This document shows, piece after piece, positions 18,426 to 20,000 of a DNA stretch of 20,000 bases. The stretch is from IMG/VR virus record IMGVR_UViG_3300033121_001607; one strand, 5' to 3'. Within the stretch, counting starts at the first letter, position 1, and each line of letters opens with the position of its first letter. Below the pieces are notes generated by a model. It did not search any database, was not told the DNA's origin, and saw nothing but the letters and a program-made list of their open reading frames with translations. The DNA comes from an uncultured virus (IMG/VR IMGVR_UViG_3300033121_001607). Taxonomy: Duplodnaviria > Heunggongvirae > Uroviricota > Caudoviricetes. A program made the position numbers and the translations under genes.

Positions 18426-18862
18426 TTTTTTCGTTCTTCTTCCTCCAATGATAAGCTTTTATCATATTTATCCAATAAAGCTGAAGCTATAACTGGAGGC
18501 AAAAGGCCGATAGTTTCGGCGCTAACAGGAATCGCCTGGTTGTTTTCGTCTACAACATCCCATTCTTTTAGACAAGCCTTGAATAAATTTTCTTGGTACT
18601 TAGTCCAGTCAATCTTATTAGAACCGTCTGTTGGATTATAAAATGTTGAAGATCTCAAAACATTACTATTTGACTTCCAAGTAGGTACTACCCATTTTGT
18701 TGTAAGAATATCAACATCTTTATCTCCTTTGGAGAGGAAAGATTTAGCTTCCTCTTCTTCTAAAATCTTATATTGACGAACACCGTGCTTATTGCTCTTT
18801 ACCCTATAATACAAAATAAGTGTTATGAATTCTTCATTGGTTGAAACGAGCATCTTCGCCAT
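18419..18862 (-). CDS. Tail assembly chaperone (gpG-like), 147 aa
   Basis: Directly follows the tail tube gene. The start is reassigned to the ATG at 18862 (MAKML...), which follows AAGGAG. Contains the 'LKEWDVVDENNQAIPVSAETIGLLP' chaperone-like motif and ends ...EEEERKKS* on an A7 run. Confidence 0.8.
   Translation of the reverse strand: MAKMLVSTNEEFITLILYYRVKSNKHGVRQYKILEEEEAKSFLSKGDKDVDILTTKWVVPTWKSNSNVLRSSTFYNPTDGSNKIDWTKYQENLFKACLKEWDVVDENNQAIPVSAETIGLLPPVIASALLDKYDKSLSLEEEERKKS
18425..18446 (-). promoter_or_regulatory. Programmed -1 ribosomal frameshift signal (A AAA AAA heptamer with an upstream internal SD-like GGAGG)
   Basis: Minus strand: ttGGAGG-aagaagaacg-A AAA AAA-tca taa. The heptamer (18425-18431) is in X XXY YYZ phase, GGAGG (18442-18446) is 10 nt upstream, and the -1 frame stays open for 78 codons. 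Confidence 0.8.
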
Positions 18863-18886
18863 TTGCTTCTCCTTAGTACACAGCAA

Positions 18887-18919
18887 GGCAAGCCTTTGCT
18901 ATGAAACAAAGGCTATGCC
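18887..18919. other. Intergenic stem-loop between the tube and chaperone genes
   Basis: GGCA-AGCCTTTG-ctatgaaa-CAAAGGCT-a-TGCC: an 8-bp perfect stem extendable by 4 bp across a bulge; no long U-tract. Confidence 0.55.
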
Positions 18920-18953
18920 CACAAAAACATATCGTCATTTATAATGTTAGCAA

Positions 18954-19991
18954 TCAAGTAAGAGGCTGGAAATAGCCAGGAGCGGATGGACCGCCAAATG
19001 CGTTAGAAGCGCTATCAACTGATACGTTGCAAGCACCAAGTTCCAATGCCTCATAATCATTTTCGCAGTCGCCAAGGGCGCTGAAAGGCATTCTTGTCTC
19101 AACAAGGTCATTACTAATAGCAACTTCTTCAATCTGGAAAATAACACCCCAAAGAGCGGTTGCCCAATAAGGAACAGTTGCGCTACCGAGAGTATAACCG
19201 AACTGGATCTTGGTTCTAGAAGTAAAACGATTCTGGTTGTTATATACGAAATCATGGAACTGCTTATTCGCAAAACCCATAAGAGTCAAGCTACCTTCAA
19301 TTGACCTCTTACGAGCGGTAATATCCTGAGGAACAAGCTTACCATTCAAGGTATAAAAACGATCTGCATTGTTGTTGAGAGTTACTTCAAAAGCTCTAAT
19401 AAATGAACCTGGAACAACGATATTCTCTTCTCTTGCGAAAACGTTGATTCGGAAATCGTTCCAAGTAACAACACGAGCAGGAGCCAACATTGTTGGTTCC
19501 CTTTCGGTTGTAAGAGCTTCTCTTACGTTATCAGTGACGTTTGCTCCACCAATGACTCCAAAGTTAATCTTTACAACGTCAGCTTGAGTGACGTTAATTC
19601 TCATGGTATTAATGATGCAGTTTGGATAACGGAAAGCGGTGTTGTCTGTATAGCGAACGTCTACATTGAACTGATTAACAAGACGACCAACCTGGTCTCT
19701 CTTAGCAGCAATGTTCCATAGGCGATTTGCTAGGTTTGTTTGGCAAGTAGCGTCTGGCTCGCCGCAATCCTTACCTGTACCATTCTGAATACCTTCATGA
19801 ACAAGAGGAAACTCAGCAGAGCCGTCTACCATACGGGGACCAACTTGGTAGAGAGTTCTGTCAATACGACCGTCAACAACGTCAGGATATGTTATGTCTT
19901 GCTTGGCTCGTATATCACAAGACAAGGCTCTTACAAAGATTTCTTGGCCGATAGACCCTCCTGAGAATCTAACGGAACCAACAAATCCCAT
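18954..19991 (-). CDS. Putative major tail (tube) protein, >=345 aa; the true start may lie a few codons beyond the right edge
   Basis: Beta-rich sequence with tube-like patterns 'GPRMVDGSAEFP', 'CIINTMRINV' and 'IRAFEVTLNNN...KRSIEGSLTL'. Sits immediately upstream of the frameshifting chaperone and tape measure genes. The frame is open to the window edge (ACA GCA CAA ATG). Confidence 0.75.
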   Translation of the reverse strand: MGFVGSVRFSGGSIGQEIFVRALSCDIRAKQDITYPDVVDGRIDRTLYQVGPRMVDGSAEFPLVHEGIQNGTGKDCGEPDATCQTNLANRLWNIAAKRDQVGRLVNQFNVDVRYTDNTAFRYPNCIINTMRINVTQADVVKINFGVIGGANVTDNVREALTTEREPTMLAPARVVTWNDFRINVFAREENIVVPGSFIRAFEVTLNNNADRFYTLNGKLVPQDITARKRSIEGSLTLMGFANKQFHDFVYNNQNRFTSRTKIQFGYTLGSATVPYWATALWGVIFQIEEVAISNDLVETRMPFSALGDCENDYEALELGACNVSVDSASNAFGGPSAPGYFQPLT

Positions 19992-20000
19992 TTGTGCTGT

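Noticed and set aside
18863..18886. Upstream TTG start for the chaperone given in the ORF track (18886)
   Set aside because: The AAGGAG RBS lies within this stretch and points to the ATG at 18862.
864..19964. Short plus-strand ORFs and nested minus-strand ORFs in the track (e.g. 14915..15271, 15653..15988, 18947..19273)
   Set aside because: All overlap long, tightly packed minus-strand genes and show no recognisable motifs; treated as shadow ORFs.
6800..19991. Extracellular contractile injection system, tailocin or T6SS interpretation
   Set aside because: No recognisable sheath, baseplate wedge (gpJ/gp25), PAAR, LysM or AAA ATPase gene in the window. The tube, frameshifting chaperone and TMP order is phage-like. 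A sheath gene beyond the right edge cannot be excluded.
1..20000. Possible stop-codon reassignment, since all called genes end in TAA or TGA and none in TAG
   Set aside because: The standard code already yields long uninterrupted ORFs covering nearly the whole window, and TAG is normally the rarest stop.
1..20000. CRISPR arrays, tRNAs, DGR template/variable repeats, introns, inteins or IS elements
   Set aside because: Intergenic gaps are under 100 nt, and by eye I saw no long direct repeats and no reverse transcriptase, transposase, homing endonuclease or intein motifs. A self dot-plot would be needed to exclude diverged repeats.

Overview
The window is a contiguous, minus-strand tail and virion structural module of a large dsDNA tailed phage or prophage, most consistent with a long non-contractile tail. 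In transcription order (right to left) it encodes: a putative tail tube protein with an apparent internal duplication; a tail assembly chaperone (G-like) with a strong -1 programmed frameshift signal into a T-like frame; a second, paralogous G-like chaperone; a moron-like membrane-protein gene with its own RBS and intrinsic terminator; a 917-aa tape measure protein; three ~1200-aa putative tail-tip proteins (Asp-box protein, hub-like protein, fibre/CBM/propeller protein) with a 67-aa ORF among them; a GT4-like glycosyltransferase overlapping both neighbours; and a >=651-codon ORF missing from the ORF track that runs off the left edge. The most interesting points are the frameshift plus duplicated chaperones next to a duplicated tube protein, and the glycosyltransferase embedded among tail-tip genes (candidate virion glycosylation). 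All product calls come from motif reading and synteny, not database searches.
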